Below the pieces are notes generated by a model, which was not told the origin of the DNA, did no database searches, and saw only the letters and a program-made list of their open reading frames with translations. Below, in pieces: positions 1 through 13,240 of a DNA stretch of 64,000 nucleotides (positions are counted from its first letter, which is position 1; each line of letters starts with the position of its first letter). This stretch comes from Sphyrna mokarran (Eukaryota). The stretch spans positions 120,156,001-120,220,000 of the forward strand of contig JAGIQG010000001.1 of assembly GCA_024679065.1 (NCBI GenBank), written 5' to 3'. Made by a program: the position numbers and the translations under genes.

Positions 1-129
1 GTTGGTCAACAAGGTGGACCGAATTGCCTGCGGAAACAAATAAGACTTAATTAAACATGCTAAAAAAAACTAAGACATTCCCGAGACGAAACTAAAAGAT
101 AGTCTACTACTATTTGGTCTTCCCGATAT

Positions 130-440
130 TCAAACAGTCCTGCTATATCCCTCTATCTGCAGACCGCTCATGTGGCTGTCCAAGAGACCCTTAAACAACC
201 CTAGCGTGCCTGCTCCCACCACCTTACTCGGCAGTGCATTCCACACCCCCACTACCCTTTGTGTGGAAAAACTGGCCTCTAATATTCGTCTTATACATAG
301 CCCCCCTCACCCTGAGCCCGTGACCCCTCGTTCTATCCATTTCTAACAGTGGAAAAAGCTTACCACCATTTACTCTATCTATACCCCTCATAATCTTATA
401 TACCTCTAAAAGATCCCCTCTCAGCCGACGTCATACAGTA
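130..440 (-). mobile_element. CR1-type LINE 3' fragment
   Basis: Reverse complement resembles the CR1 RT C-terminus and 3' region seen in other copies here (e.g. 22097-22543). Boundaries approximate. Confidence 0.65.
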
Positions 441-907
441 TATGAAACATTTATTTTATCCCCAATATCCGACAAGCTTTTTTCAAAGGCCTTCCTGTGA
501 AATGGTTTCCCTGATCAGAGTCTAATTGAAGGAGCATTCCCCATCTGCTATTGTTTCATTTGCTAAATCAGAGCCACAGTGCTGACTGTGGCATCTTTAC
601 ATGGGAAAACTTCAACCCATTGGGTAATGTAGTCTACAATTGCAAGGCATTATGTTTTTCTCTCTACCTGGTATAAAGGTCCCGTAATATCCATCTCTAA
701 ATTTTCCCAATTTTCTTTCATTTGGAGCCTACTTTTTTGCTCCCTTCTTTCAACTTACTTAACAGGATCTATTCTTGTTCCTGTATCAATGACACATTCG
801 GCTAGCAGACTACATCAAGAAGAATTGCTCACTGACACTTAAACTGTTCCGGTGACGGATCAAAACACTTCCATAGAGTTCCACTCTGTTACTAGAACAG
901 AAACAAT

Positions 908-1858
908 GGGCCCGATTTTACCACTGCGCGCACCTATTTTCAGGCATGAAAACATGATAAAATCAGCATGAAACTATTTATGCAATCCACACCTGCACAG
1001 ATGACAACTTTACCAAGATTCAGAAACACATCCAACAGTGATTTAAATGCACTTGTATGCATTAAAATTAAATTATTGAATTGCTTGCCCAACTTTATCA
1101 GCATTTCTCCCTTTACATTGAGTTTGCATGTTCAAATTCAGCACAAAACAGGCATACTCAGCAAAAGGTCTGTTTTGGACACCCAGCTTCTAAAGAGATA
1201 AGTTCAGAGCTTCCAACAGCTCTCTGACTCAGGTCGGGGGGATGGGGGGAGGAACAGGGGAGGTGAGTCAAATCATTCTCTGGTGAGGAGGGAGGAAGAG
1301 TAGGTTCAGATGTAGCTCTGGCGGGGGCGGAGGGAAGACTAATCATTGTCTGGTGGTGTTGTTGGGTGGGATGGGGTGGGGGGAGGCGGTGCGCGCAGAT
1401 GGAGGCCAGATTGTTATCTCTGTGGGGACAGAGGAGAAGGCGGATCAGATGTATCTCTGGTGGAGTGGGCAGGGGGGCCGCTGTCATTCTGTGGATGATC
1501 AGTGGGAGGGAAAAGGGGCAGAGGATCACGATCAGTCTGGATAGTAGGTAGGTGGGGTAGATAAGGGGGAAATTTAGATTGCAGGGGTGGGGCGGCCATC
1601 GCTCCCGCTTTTGGCTCTCAGACCGTTTTGTTCACTTTTTGCGATCCAGGAGCGATTTTCAAATTTTTTTCTAACTGCACATGCGCAATTCACAGCTCCG
1701 ATTGTTTTAGGCATGCTCAGTCCCACCACAGTGCGATTCAACTCACGATTTTTTTTCAGGCTAAGTGCCAATGGGGAGGGCTTAAAAGCAAATTTCCTAG
1801 TCAGATCTGAATTGCGCCCAGATTCAGCACTTAGAATCAAAATGATAAAATCAGGCCC
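908..1858. mobile_element. Non-autonomous Harbinger/PIF-like MITE, 951 bp
   Basis: Terminal inverted repeats GGGCCCGATTTTACC (from 908) and GATAAAATCAGGCCC (to 1858), 13/15 match; identical 3-bp flanks AAT at 905-907 and 1859-1861 (target-site duplication); no transposase inside. Confidence 0.8.
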
Positions 1859-2489
1859 AATGTAACAAGTGTTGGAACAACCTGTACCTTGTGTACATTA
1901 AATGTTCCAGTCTCTACAGGTGGCAACTTTAGCACATAGATCGAACTATTTCATGACAAGGAGTAGAAAAATAGTAATGCTACAGGTTATAGTAAGGCTT
2001 CAAGTCACAGCCATTCACTAGGTCGAAGCTGTCTAGTCTAAATCTAGTTCAGGATTCTGCAAGTCCTTGAAAATATGTATGACAGATATAGAAGTTGTTG
2101 TTATCAGGCAGTACTCAGTCAGACAGCAAGGGAAGCAGCACAACAAGATGAAAGTAATATGGCCATAGATAAAATTTCATCACTCACAACAGAAATAATA
2201 ATTGAAATTCACAATTTACCTTTATGATTGATACTGTTGTAACAATGTCTGTTATTGTAGAAAGAGAGTATAAGAAGTGTTAAGTCACATTCTTTTATTC
2301 AAAACTGGTGTGATGTTGATAATAATCTTCCAATGTTAAGTGAAATTAGTGTTAAAGTAGAATATAACGATGCATTCTATTATTTGCCATTGGTAGTAGC
2401 AGGAGGCAAGAAAGTCTCCCTGATGTGATGGAAAGAACTGATGTAAGAAAATATGGTTAAACTGGGCCAAACGTGAGCTGATATATTTT

Positions 2490-3312
2490 GGAAGAATAAA
2501 TAAGATGAGGGAGTATTTAATGAATGGCAGGTCACTGGGTAGTTCAGAGGGACAAAGGGATCTTGGAGTAATTATTCACAGATCCCTAAGGCAGCAGAGC
2601 ACATGAATAGGGTAGTTAAGAAGGCATAAGAAAAGAGACTCGCTTTCATCAGTCGTGGTATATAGTATGAGAACAAGGAAGTAATGTTGGAGTTATACTG
2701 TGTTGGTTAGGCCTCAGTTCAAGTACTGAGTGTAGTCCTGGTTACTTCACTATAGTACTAGAGGGAAGGTTTACCAAGATGTTGCCCGGGATGGAGCACT
2801 TGAGATATAAGGAGAGGTTAGATAGACTTGGATTGTTTTCTTTAGAGAAGAGAAGGCTAAGGGGAGGAGATGATTGAGGTCTAAAAGATTACAAGGGAAT
2901 CTGGACAGGTTGAGTAGGAGCAGTTGTTTTTCTTGGTTGAAAAGATCATCACGTGGCAGCATAATTTTAAGTTAAGGGGCAGGACATTCAGAGGAGATTT
3001 GAGAAAAACTTTTCCACACAGAGGGTGGTGGGAATCTGGAATGCACTGCCTGGGAAGGTAGTGGAAAGTTTGTGTTGCTAAATAAGCCTGTTGGACTTTA
3101 ACCTCATGTTGTAAGACTTCTCACTAAAGTAGTGGAGGCCAAAAACTTTACAACCTTTAAAAAATATTTTGATGAGCACCTGACATATCATAACATTCAA
3201 GAATATGGGACAAGTGAAGGAAAATGGGATTAGTGTCCCTTTAGTGAAGGAATTGTTAGTGTAAACTCAATGGATTGAAGGGCCTTTTCTGTGCAGTATA
3301 CCTCCATAGCTC
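2490..3312 (+). mobile_element. Degenerate CR1-type LINE 3' fragment
   Basis: Matches the RT C-terminal pattern ([10 protein letters not shown]..., [21 protein letters not shown]) and the 3' tail GAAGGGCCTTTTCTGTGC; many stops. Confidence 0.8.
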
Positions 3313-4293
3313 TATGACAAAGTTATTTACAGTAGGAATCAGTAAGCATATGTCCATCATTAAGGAGATGCTAAGAGAGTACAAAGTGGTCTTTGAACAA
3401 GAACTAAATAATAAAATTATACAGCACAAGGCAGAAGTCAAGATAGAAAACAATGTACAGTTAGAAGCAGTAAATAAAGACCTAATTAGATCATAAAGAA
3501 CTGTGTAAATTAGAAAGGTGAAGAACAGTGAACAGGCCACACCCATTCTGACAACAGAGGATTTGTGGAGACAATAAACAAACTGTAAGTAAAGTAATTC
3601 AAAGTGACACTTACTGCCTACTGGTGAGGATTTGTTTTCTAATTTAACTACTGTATGTGTGTTCAGTAAGATGGACCTGTGAAATGTATATTAATAATTG
3701 ATATTAACTGACAAGAGCAAGGAACTACTTATCATTCATAAACACAAAGAGTTGTACCCAATTAAAAGATTATTATTTGGGGCATTGCTACTCCCACAGT
3801 GTTCCAACCATCATGATTCAAGTGACATTCTACTTAGAGAAAGAGCACATTGTAAAGTTGAACAAATTTCTAGATCGACTTCAAGAATCATTAAAGCTTA
3901 AAGAGCCAATGTTACTTCAAATGTAGTATTACTTGGTCACCAAACAGATGGTGAAGGTGACAACCTTCAGGAGAAGCTTATGAGGATTCTGAAATCAAAG
4001 AGACAAAAGAACAGAAAGAGGTGTTTGGTTATATTCAGAACCAAGTCAACAATACCAACTGCCTTATAACACATGGTTGTTGTATCTCTTCCTCATTTAA
4101 TGGTGCACAAGGCAGACTTTCATCTGTTTCCATAGTGAGGTTTTTCCTGGAACAAGTCACTAGCCTGTAACCAGGGGCTTGTAGCTTGAGGACCACTCCA
4201 AATTAAGCATGGCTGACCAGGAGTCTCTCCCGCTCTTACTGCTGGCCATTGGTGTATGTTAGCACAATACTGTAGCTTGATACTCAACATGTA

Positions 4294-4382
4294 TTTTTCC
4301 TAATTAGTCGGCGCATTTTTCCTAATTGGTCGGCGCAACATCGAAGCCGAAGGGCCTGTTCTGCGCTGTAATGTTCTATGTT
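4294..4382 (+). mobile_element. Extreme 5'-truncated CR1 3' tail
   Basis: GGTCGGCGCAACATCGAAG..CCGAAGGGCCTGTTCTG..TGTAATGTTCTATGTT is near-identical to the tail at 22479-22543. Confidence 0.75.
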
Positions 4383-4394
4383 GGCCATATTATA

Positions 4395-4490
4395 AATGCA
4401 CCTTCCTTGGTCATCAAGTCCTGGTGTGGGACTCAAACTCACAGCTTCTGTCTCAGAGGCAGAAACACTATCCACTAGGCCACAAGACTC
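4395..4490 (-). mobile_element. tRNA-derived SINE head fragment
   Basis: Reverse strand has A-box/B-box-like segments (TGGCCTAGTGG...GAGTTTGAGTCC); similar to the SINE heads at 16.9 and 39.3 kb. Confidence 0.5.
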
Positions 4491-7400
4491 CCAATTTTAT
4501 GATATATGGCTGGCTTTTATTTAACTATGTCAAAGTAGCTGAGTACTTCCTATCTCAAATAACCAGTGTTTTGAAATAAAAACACAAAATTTCAGAGGTC
4601 TGGCGGCTTCTGTGGAAGGAAAAACTTAGTTAATGGATGATTTTTGAGCCCACATTAGCCATCAGCACAAACAGTGACACAGGCCCAAAATATGAGAATC
4701 GGAAAATGAAATTCTTGCTGGTGAGGTCTCGTTTTCCAATTTTCTCTTCCCCTTGATGATGGCATAAAGAGGTGGATCTGCTGGGTCACAAAGGTAGATA
4801 TAGCCCCAGGGAGAAGGGGTGAGCTCACTGCTCCGGCATTGTTAGTGCAATCTGGCAGTGGTGGGTTAAGTCTGCTGGGGACCCCCAGTGAGAGTATTTC
4901 CCCTTATGTGTCTTTGGGTTGATGGGAGAAGTATTGTTCTATATCAGAGGGGAGCATCCTACTCTCTTTGGAGCCAATGTTGCCTTCTCTATCTGGTGCC
5001 ACCCCACCAGCATGACGATGAAAACTGCGCCCAGAGTGCCAAATAATGTGGAGAGAAAACTCAGCTATACACCAGTTTTCTCTGCGCACAAGAGTACAAA
5101 ATTCCACCCAATGTTTTGAATCTGCATAACTTCTTCAGAACTGTATTCAGTGTCCTGTGCTGTCTTCTGTAATAAGGGCAAGTAAAGAGCTATAAGTGAG
5201 TATACTGGCATGTACTCATCCGATGGATAATATGTAATTAGTCAGGGTATCTATGAAGTAGAGGCACAACATTATAAAATGATAAGGATTAATGGAAGTG
5301 TTGGATTTACAGTTGTGGATGTGCAAAGAGATAATGGATGTACCAGCAAGGTAAGTAGCTGTGAGGAGTGATGTGATAGAGTCACTTGAAAAGGCAGAGT
5401 AAAGTGTTGGAATGTTAGGTACAGCAAATGTAGGTGTGCAATTGTATCCTGCACTTGTCTTTTCAGACATACTTCAGTCATTAATCTGCTTTCTACATTG
5501 AAAACTGGAGCATAGCACCACATTCCTGCTGCTGACATCTGTTTTTTCCATATGTAATTAGATTTATGTCTTCTATACAACATACCTTACGTGAACAACT
5601 GAACACTTTGAATATGTAGTCCATATGAGATGCTATTATTCTATATATCTCTAAAAAAATGACAGCTAGGTACTCAAGTTAATACAAGGTTTCACAGTCA
5701 TTGACCTGGACACACATAACACTCAGATCCCAAGTATTTTTACAATGGATAGTTTTCACCACTGTGAAAGTGGGGTAACATATCCAAATCACACTCTGCT
5801 GTTTTCATTAAGTAACAATTCTGTTAAATGTAGGAATTTTAATGATATTCACACTTTTTCCTTCTTACAAAAGAACAGTTCTACAAAGATATTCACTTGA
5901 GTAGAAATGTCTCATCACCTAATAATATTATTTAGATGATGAGAAGTTTACTGGTCTTACAGCATGAACATGAGGAGTCTATGGTCTTGTTTTTCATTCT
6001 GATGGTAATGGAGAAAGACAGAATAGGGTGGTGTTAACTACTAGGATCAAGCAGTTTGATCTTAACCTATGTCACTTTAAATGTAGGAGTCAGGCTATGA
6101 GCTTCTGCATATGCAGGCAAAATGCAAATAACATATCAATGGCGTTTATAATATGTGCAAGAGGAAGACATGGCCTATGGATCCTTAGCAATTGATCCAT
6201 GGCCAGTGCCACAGGGTGGATGACTCATTTAATGCTCTTAAGAGCCCAGGAACAGGAGTGTTCATTCTTGGTTCTTGGAGGCCTTTGGCCTTCACCTACC
6301 CAACCTTCACATTCCTTCCACCGATCAGCCTTCCCCAGACATCTGATTTTTTTTAGTTTATTCCCCATCCTCCTGATTGCTGGCCTGTGCTCCTTCTCGA
6401 GGGTACGTACTGTCCTAATGGTCCTTGACTGTGGCCTCCTGCCCCGGTGTTCCTTCCCAATCACTGGTCCATTTGTCACTTCCATGGCCTGCAGGGCAAG
6501 AGGTAATGCTCCAATCTGCTTATAGAACCCTGCCTTTGAAATTGACAAGAACGCCACACTCCCAACTTTGCCAAGTTCTTCAGACAATCTCAGCCTTCCA
6601 AGCACTTTCCCTCCCTTTTTATTAATGTCAAACCAGTGCTAACAACTCCATCAGTATATGGTACAGTATGTACAAATAGGTTTGGTTGCTCCAATTTTTT
6701 GAGTTTCTATTTTTAAATAGGGTAGCTGTTAAATGGTTGCATTGAAATCCATATGATAGATTTCTACAATAGTCTATATATAACTATGAGAACACTGCCA
6801 TTTAAAGCAAGATCCTGGATAAACTCCAGACAGATGAATACTGTGCCCGGTTTATTTTAACTTAGTCCAAATGATAAATAGTGGAAGAAATTACAGAGCT
6901 TCTATTAATTTCAAGTAAAGATAGATGTAGTTGTAATAGTATGATTAAAAGCCAAGCTTTCAAATCAGTATCCACTCACTACATTACAGTTCAAAGTACA
7001 TCATAAAACATGTATCAACTTAATGAACTTGAAAATAGTTGAAATGTACACTGTGATTCATGTCCATTCTTAAAAGGTTATGCAGTTTAAATTACGTAAA
7101 AAAGAGAAACACTAATACTTGCAGAATAATAGTGGAATTTCCTGTGTATTTGCACCTAAGAACACACATAATTAGGTGTAATAGATGTCAGAAACTCAGG
7201 TGCAGGTGTATACTGCACATATTATCTCTTGATCATTTCGCTGCATCTCATTGTGATTTTTCCGAAGTTATTTTTAATCCTCAGAGACCTGCACTGTAAT
7301 TCCTCTGTTTCAGCAAATGCATTTCCACAGGATCAGTATGAGTCATGTTAAAAATGGAAAGTTTCCACAACTTAGGTATGCTATGCCTGAGAGGCATCAA

Positions 7401-7899
7401 CAATAGCTAGATAGCTTGAAACTTCAATTTTAACACTTAAGGAAAGAATATATGGTACATGTCCCATGCTTTTCTGTGGCCCCAGCAGTTTAGATTAATT
7501 TCTGTTTGTTTACATTTGATTTTTATGTTCCAGAATATACAAATAAGATTGACAGAAAATTCAGACATAAGTTGACTTTGGCAAATTGTGTTCGTGAGCA
7601 GACAAATTTTCAATGCATCGACAATTACAGTCCTACAGGAAATTCCATCCTAATGTCTTTATATTTCAAATTGTTTCATCGTCCAGTTTACATTTATCAA
7701 TGCAGAAATTAAAAATTTACAACACCCTTTTTTTTGCTGGCACTATCACTTTAAAAGTCACTTCAAAAGGTCAAACATGGCTAGCAAAAATGAAGCCCTG
7801 CAATAACTTGCAGAAAATCAGCGTTTCAAACATCATTTTTGTTTGATTCTTTCATTACTTATAAGAGCAGAAGAATTTGGGGTAGATCATCCAAATCCT

Positions 7900-8980
7900 C
7901 AAGTCTAATCTGCTATTTAAAAAGATCGTGGCTCACCCAATGTGATTGTGCCACTTTCTTGCTAGCCAAACAGCCCCTCCCTCCCTTATCCCTCCCAACC
8001 TTATAATCCTTGACTTCCTCATTGATAAAAATTTTTCTAACTTCAGCTTGGATATATTCAACAACGCAGCCTCCTGTACTCTCAGTTGCAGAGAATTCCA
8101 AAGATTCAAAACACTCAGGGAATTCTTCATCTCCATCTTAAATGGGACATTCCTTTTTGTTAAACTGTTCCCCCATTCCAGACTCCCCTACAAAAGTAAA
8201 CACTCTCAGCATCGACCTTGTCAAGTTCCCTCAGAATTTTAATGTTAAGAATACCTTCTGTTCTAAACTTCAATGTGGACAGGCCCGACCTGCTCAACCT
8301 TTCCTCATAAGAAAACCCTTCATCCCAAGAAACAGCCTGGTGTACCTCCAATGGACATTCTCAATGCAAGTCATACCCCTCCTTAAATCAGGAGACCAAA
8401 TTGTACATAGTACTCTTGGGTATGGCCTTGTTGAATCATATACAGCACAGAAGGAGGCTGTTCGGCCCATTGAGTGCATGTTGGCTCCCCAAGCAGCAAT
8501 CCACAATGTCTCATTCCCCTGCTTGATCCCAGTGCTGACATGATTTCTTTTTGAAATCACCAATTGTTCCACTTTCACCACCCTGATGGGCAGCAAATTC
8601 CAAATCATTAACAGTTGCTAAATAAAAATGTTATTCATATTCCCCTGCATCTCTTACTCAATTAATCTGTGTTCCCCTCTTATGAGTCATCAGATCATGA
8701 GATGAATGTTTCCTTGTTGAATTTATCGAAGCCTTTCATAATCTTATATATCTTTATCAAATCTTCCATCAATCTCCTTTGCCCCAAGGAACACAGTCCC
8801 ACACTTTCCAACTTAACTTTGTAACTAAACCATTCCATTCCCAACACCATCACTGCAAACATCTGGCAAATCTCCTCTGCACCTCTTAAGGATTTTTACA
8901 TCTTTCCTCCACTTGTTGTCTAACTAGATATTTATAAAGATCCATCATAACTTCTCTACTTTTATACTTGATGCATCTTG
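7900..8980 (-). mobile_element. Two degenerate CR1-type LINE 3' fragments
   Basis: Minus-strand peptides YEERLSRSGL and LNLWNSL match the CR1 RT C-terminus; a second tail begins near 8430. Confidence 0.65.
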
Positions 8981-9209
8981 AGAAGTGAAGTGCCCTTTGG
9001 GATTTCTAAAAGTAGAGTGAGTGGGTGGGTGGGATTTTTTGATTTTTTTTAAAGAATCTGTCCTGGCGAGTAAATCAGGGAGAATCCCACTGGTAGCAAC
9101 GGTGAGAAAAGTTGTCGTATACTCAGTTTCTTTAACAATTTACTTTCCACAGATTTTACATATGCTGGTAGCAGCTTGCCTCTGTGTCACTCATCCTAGG
9201 AAAGCTTAA

Positions 9210-10370
9210 TCATCCACCTACATTCTCCCCAGCTGCCTCATTGCAGGATAAACAAATTGGTGTGAGCAAACAGAGCCTGACGGAGTCACACTCAAGCCAA
9301 AATTCCTGATGTTTTTTGAGGAACGAGCCCTTGAGGTGGCTGGTGAGGAGCAGGACTGCATTGTGTAAGGTACAGGCAAGAAGCAAAAGTGAGAACAATC
9401 AATACATCCAGCCATGGTGCAGGCCTCACATGAGTTAACTTTCTCTCATCAGTGAGCCCCTTTGATATACGAATGCCATGTCACCTTCCTTGCAGGTCAA
9501 TTAGTCGACCTGCCCAGACTATCCTCATGTCCTCTGGAGATAACAGACCAAGCAGTTCTGAGGGAGACATCTTGGAGCTGACCATCAAGGAGGCATCACA
9601 GCTGTCACCCACACCCTCCACCAGTGCAGACAGACACACCTCAGTGGGAATTGACAGACTTCTGGGTCATATGTTGGTGAGCACCTCATAGCTGAAGATC
9701 CACAGCAGGCAAAGGAGAAAGGGACATATCAAGCATCCAGCAATCTGAGGGACTCTCAGCCCCAGGCTGATGATGTATCCATGAGTATGGTCATCCCAGA
9801 GATACTAGAGTTACAAAGGCAGAGTCGTGAGCATCAGGAAGTGATGACAGCATGCTTCCTTGGACCCATCACTTCTATGGAAATGACGCTGTCACTCCAA
9901 TGCAATGAGGCCAACATTGCAAAGGTGGTGGCCACACTGAAGATCTTGGCACAAGATGTGCATACCATAGTGGGGGATGATCACTCCATGGCTCAGCTCA
10001 TCAGTTCCACGTCTGAGGGCTTGAGTTCCACAGTGCAGGGCTTCGACAGCATGGTGCAGGTGCTCGTTGGAATCCATGAGTGGCAACTCAAGCACTGAAG
10101 GACTTCTGAATCTCACTTCAGCTGTTCCAATATCTCGTAGAAGAACCCAGGGATCCCCAGGGACTAAAGAGAGCAGGAGCGCAGCCCCAGGACATCCAAC
10201 CAGGAGACTGTTCAGCTCATCTGACATCCCTTTCTCTGTGACACAGTCCAGCCCCACATATGGAGAAAGGCAGCACTGCAACATGCTTGTATCCCAAAAG
10301 AACATCCTGATCCTCAGGTGATGTCTGTCAAGATCTTCTCAAGCAACACAGAGTGGAAGCCAGCTGGCTA
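9210..10370 (+). mobile_element. Possible Harbinger accessory (Myb/SANT-type) gene relic
   Basis: Several broken, low-complexity coiled-coil-like ORFs (9452, 9781, 10067) in GC-richer sequence. The assignment is inferred from general similarity to Harbinger second ORFs; no diagnostic motif is intact. Confidence 0.3.
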
Positions 10371-10759
10371 TAGGTGAATGTTAACTGTGTTCATCCGCGC
10401 AGAATGTCAACATTGTGATGTTACGGTGCCAAGCTCTGTAAACCCTGTGCAAAGTCAGTGCTCCCTCCCTATGCAATGGGAGAATATCAATGCTATATTC
10501 TCGCCCACCAGTCATACTATTGACACAGTAAGACTATGCTACTTCTGGCACAGAACCCTATGCATGCACAGCACCTGTGGTTCCCCATGCATGCCCCTCC
10601 CCACCCCAAAGCAATACTCAGCACACAGTTGTCTCCTGCCTGCCAGCAATCTCTAGCAATGAGAATGAAAATTAGTTAAAAATATGTCAGAGTCTGTCCA
10701 CTCATCAGCAGATGAAGAAACACACCAAGGCTTGTGGCCTCAGAGGAGCTGGGATATGT

Positions 10760-13240
10760 CATTCAAACAAACAAATAAGAGATGCATGCAAAAATGGAAC
10801 GGCATTAGTAATGGGAGATTTCAATCTGCATATTGACTGGGCGACACAAGTCAGACACGGTGGGCTGGAGGAAGAATTCTTGGAATGCTGTCGGAATGGG
10901 TTCCTTGAACAGTATGTTACAGAACCGACAAGAGAGCGTGCTATCTTGGATCTGGAACTATGTAATCAGGCAGGTAGAATTAGGGATACTCATGTGAGGG
11001 ATCCTCTCGGGACAAGTGATCATAGTATGGTAGAACTTATGATGCAGGTAGAGGATGAGGTAATAGCATCCCGGACCTGTGTACTATGTTTGAATAGAGG
11101 GGACTATGATAGGATGAGAGAGAAATTGGTGCCTGTGGATTGGAGGAGTACATTGGTTGGTAGGATGGCTGAGGAACAGTGGAGGATTTTTAGAGAGATC
11201 TTTTTCAGTACTCAGCAGAAGTATATTCTGAGGTGAAGAAAGACTGCAGGAGAAGGGAAAATCAACCGTGGTTCTCGAAGGAAATTAAGGAGAGTATTAA
11301 ATCAAAAGCTGAGGCGTTCAGAGCGGCTAAATAGTGGGCGATCAGAGAATTGGGAAAGTTTTAAACAATAGCAAAGAATGACTAAGAAGGTGATTAAAAA
11401 AGGAAAGATAGAATATGAGGCTAACCAGTTCGAAATATCAAAAATGACAGTAAAAGTTTTTATAAATATATAAATAGGAGAATGGCCAGAGTTAATGTTG
11501 GACCCTTGGAGGATGAGAGGGGTGGTTTAATGATGGCTGATAAGGATATTGTGGAGACCTTAAATAAGTTTTTTGTGTCGGTCTTTACGGAGGAGGACAT
11601 AAATAGCTTGCCCGAAATTAAGGATAGAAGGGCCGTAAGAGATGAAGTTCTTGATGAGATTACAGTCACTAGAGAGGTGGTGCTTGATAGGCTAATGGGG
11701 CTGGGGGTAGATAAGTTCCCAGGACCAGATGGAATGCATCCCAAGATTCTCATGGAAATAGCAGAGATAATAGCAGATGCCCTAGTAATTATCTTTCAGA
11801 ATTCGCTGGACTCCAGGAAAGTGCCAGAAGATTGGAAACAGCTAATGTTACACCGCTGTTTAAAAAAGATAGCAGACAGAAGGCAGGGAATTATAGACCA
11901 GTTAGTTTAACATCTGGAAAAACGCTTGAATCTGTCATCAAAGTAGAAATAACAAGGCACCTGGATACAAACTGTTTGATCAGACAGACGCAGCACAGAT
12001 TCGTTAAGGGGAAGTTGTGCTTGACGAATTTATTGGAGTTCTATGAGGAAGTGATTAGTGCAGTAGATAGAGGGGAATGGTGTTTTTGGATTTCCAAAAG
12101 ACGTTTGATAAGGTGCCTCACAAAAGATTGCTGCAGAAGGTTAGGGTGCAGGGAGTTGGGGGTAGGATGTTAGACTGGATAGAGGATTGGTTGTCGAATA
12201 GGAAGCAGAGAGTAGGTATTAATGGGTGCTATTCTGATTGGCAGCACATGACTAATGGAGTGCCCCAGGGATCGGTGCTGGGGCCTCAAAGATTTACCAT
12301 TTACATAGATGATCTGGAGAAAGGGGCTGAGTGCAGGGTGACGAAATTTGCTGATGACATGAAGATGAGTGGAAAAGCAAATTGTGTGAAAGGTGTGGAA
12401 AGGCTGCAAAGGGATCTGGATAGGTTGAGTGAGTGGGCAAGGACCTGGCAGATGGAGTATAATGTTAGCAAATGTGAGGTTATCCACTTTGGTAGGAATA
12501 ATGGTAGGAAGGATTACTATTTAAATGGCTAAAAGCTGCAGCATGCGATGGTGCAGAGGGACCTGTGCATGAATTGCAAAAACCCAGTCTGCAGGTGCAG
12601 CAGGTGATCAAGAAGGCAAATGCAATGTTGGCCTTTATAGCTAGGCAGATAGAATATAAAAGTAGGGAGGTACTTTTACAGCTATATAGGGTACTGGTGA
12701 GGCTGCAGCTGGAGTACTGTATGCAGTTTTGGTCACCGCATTCGAGGAAGGATATACTGGCCTTGGAGGAGGTGCAGAGAAGGTTTACTAAGCTGACACT
12801 GGAGATGAGGGCATTGGATTATGAGGAGAGACTAAATAGGCTAGGTTTGGAATTTAGAAGGCTGAGAGGGGATCTTATAGACGTATAAGATAATGAAGGG
12901 GTGGATAGGGTAACAAAAATAGCAGGACTAGAGGGCACAGCCTCAAGACTGGGGGATGTGGGAAGCAATTCAGATCAGAGTTGAGGAGGAATTTCTTCAC
13001 GCAAAGTGTGGTGAATCTTTAGAATTCTCTGCCTGTTGAAGTGCTGGAGGCTTCCTCGCTGAATATATTTAAGCCAAGAGTGGATAGGTTTTTGATTGAT
13101 AAGGGAATTAAGGGTTACAGGGAGAAAGCGAGAAAGTGGTACTGCATCACTGCATATCAGCCATTATCTTATTGAATGGCGGAGCAGGCTTGAGGGGCTG
13201 GATGGCCTACTCCTGCTCCTATTTCTTATGTTCTTATTCA
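10760..13240 (+). mobile_element. 5'-truncated CR1-type LINE: APE endonuclease C-terminus plus reverse transcriptase, frameshifted
   Basis: Endonuclease motifs LVMGDFN, ILDL, LGTSDH (ORF 10712); RT motifs FLDFQKTFDKVPH, GVPQGSVLGP, FADD (ORF 12077); 3' tail CCTGCTCCTATTTCTTATGTTCTT. Confidence 0.95.

Noticed and set aside
1158-1865. Several overlapping ORFs
   Set aside because: Inside a G-rich non-autonomous MITE; no protein motifs.
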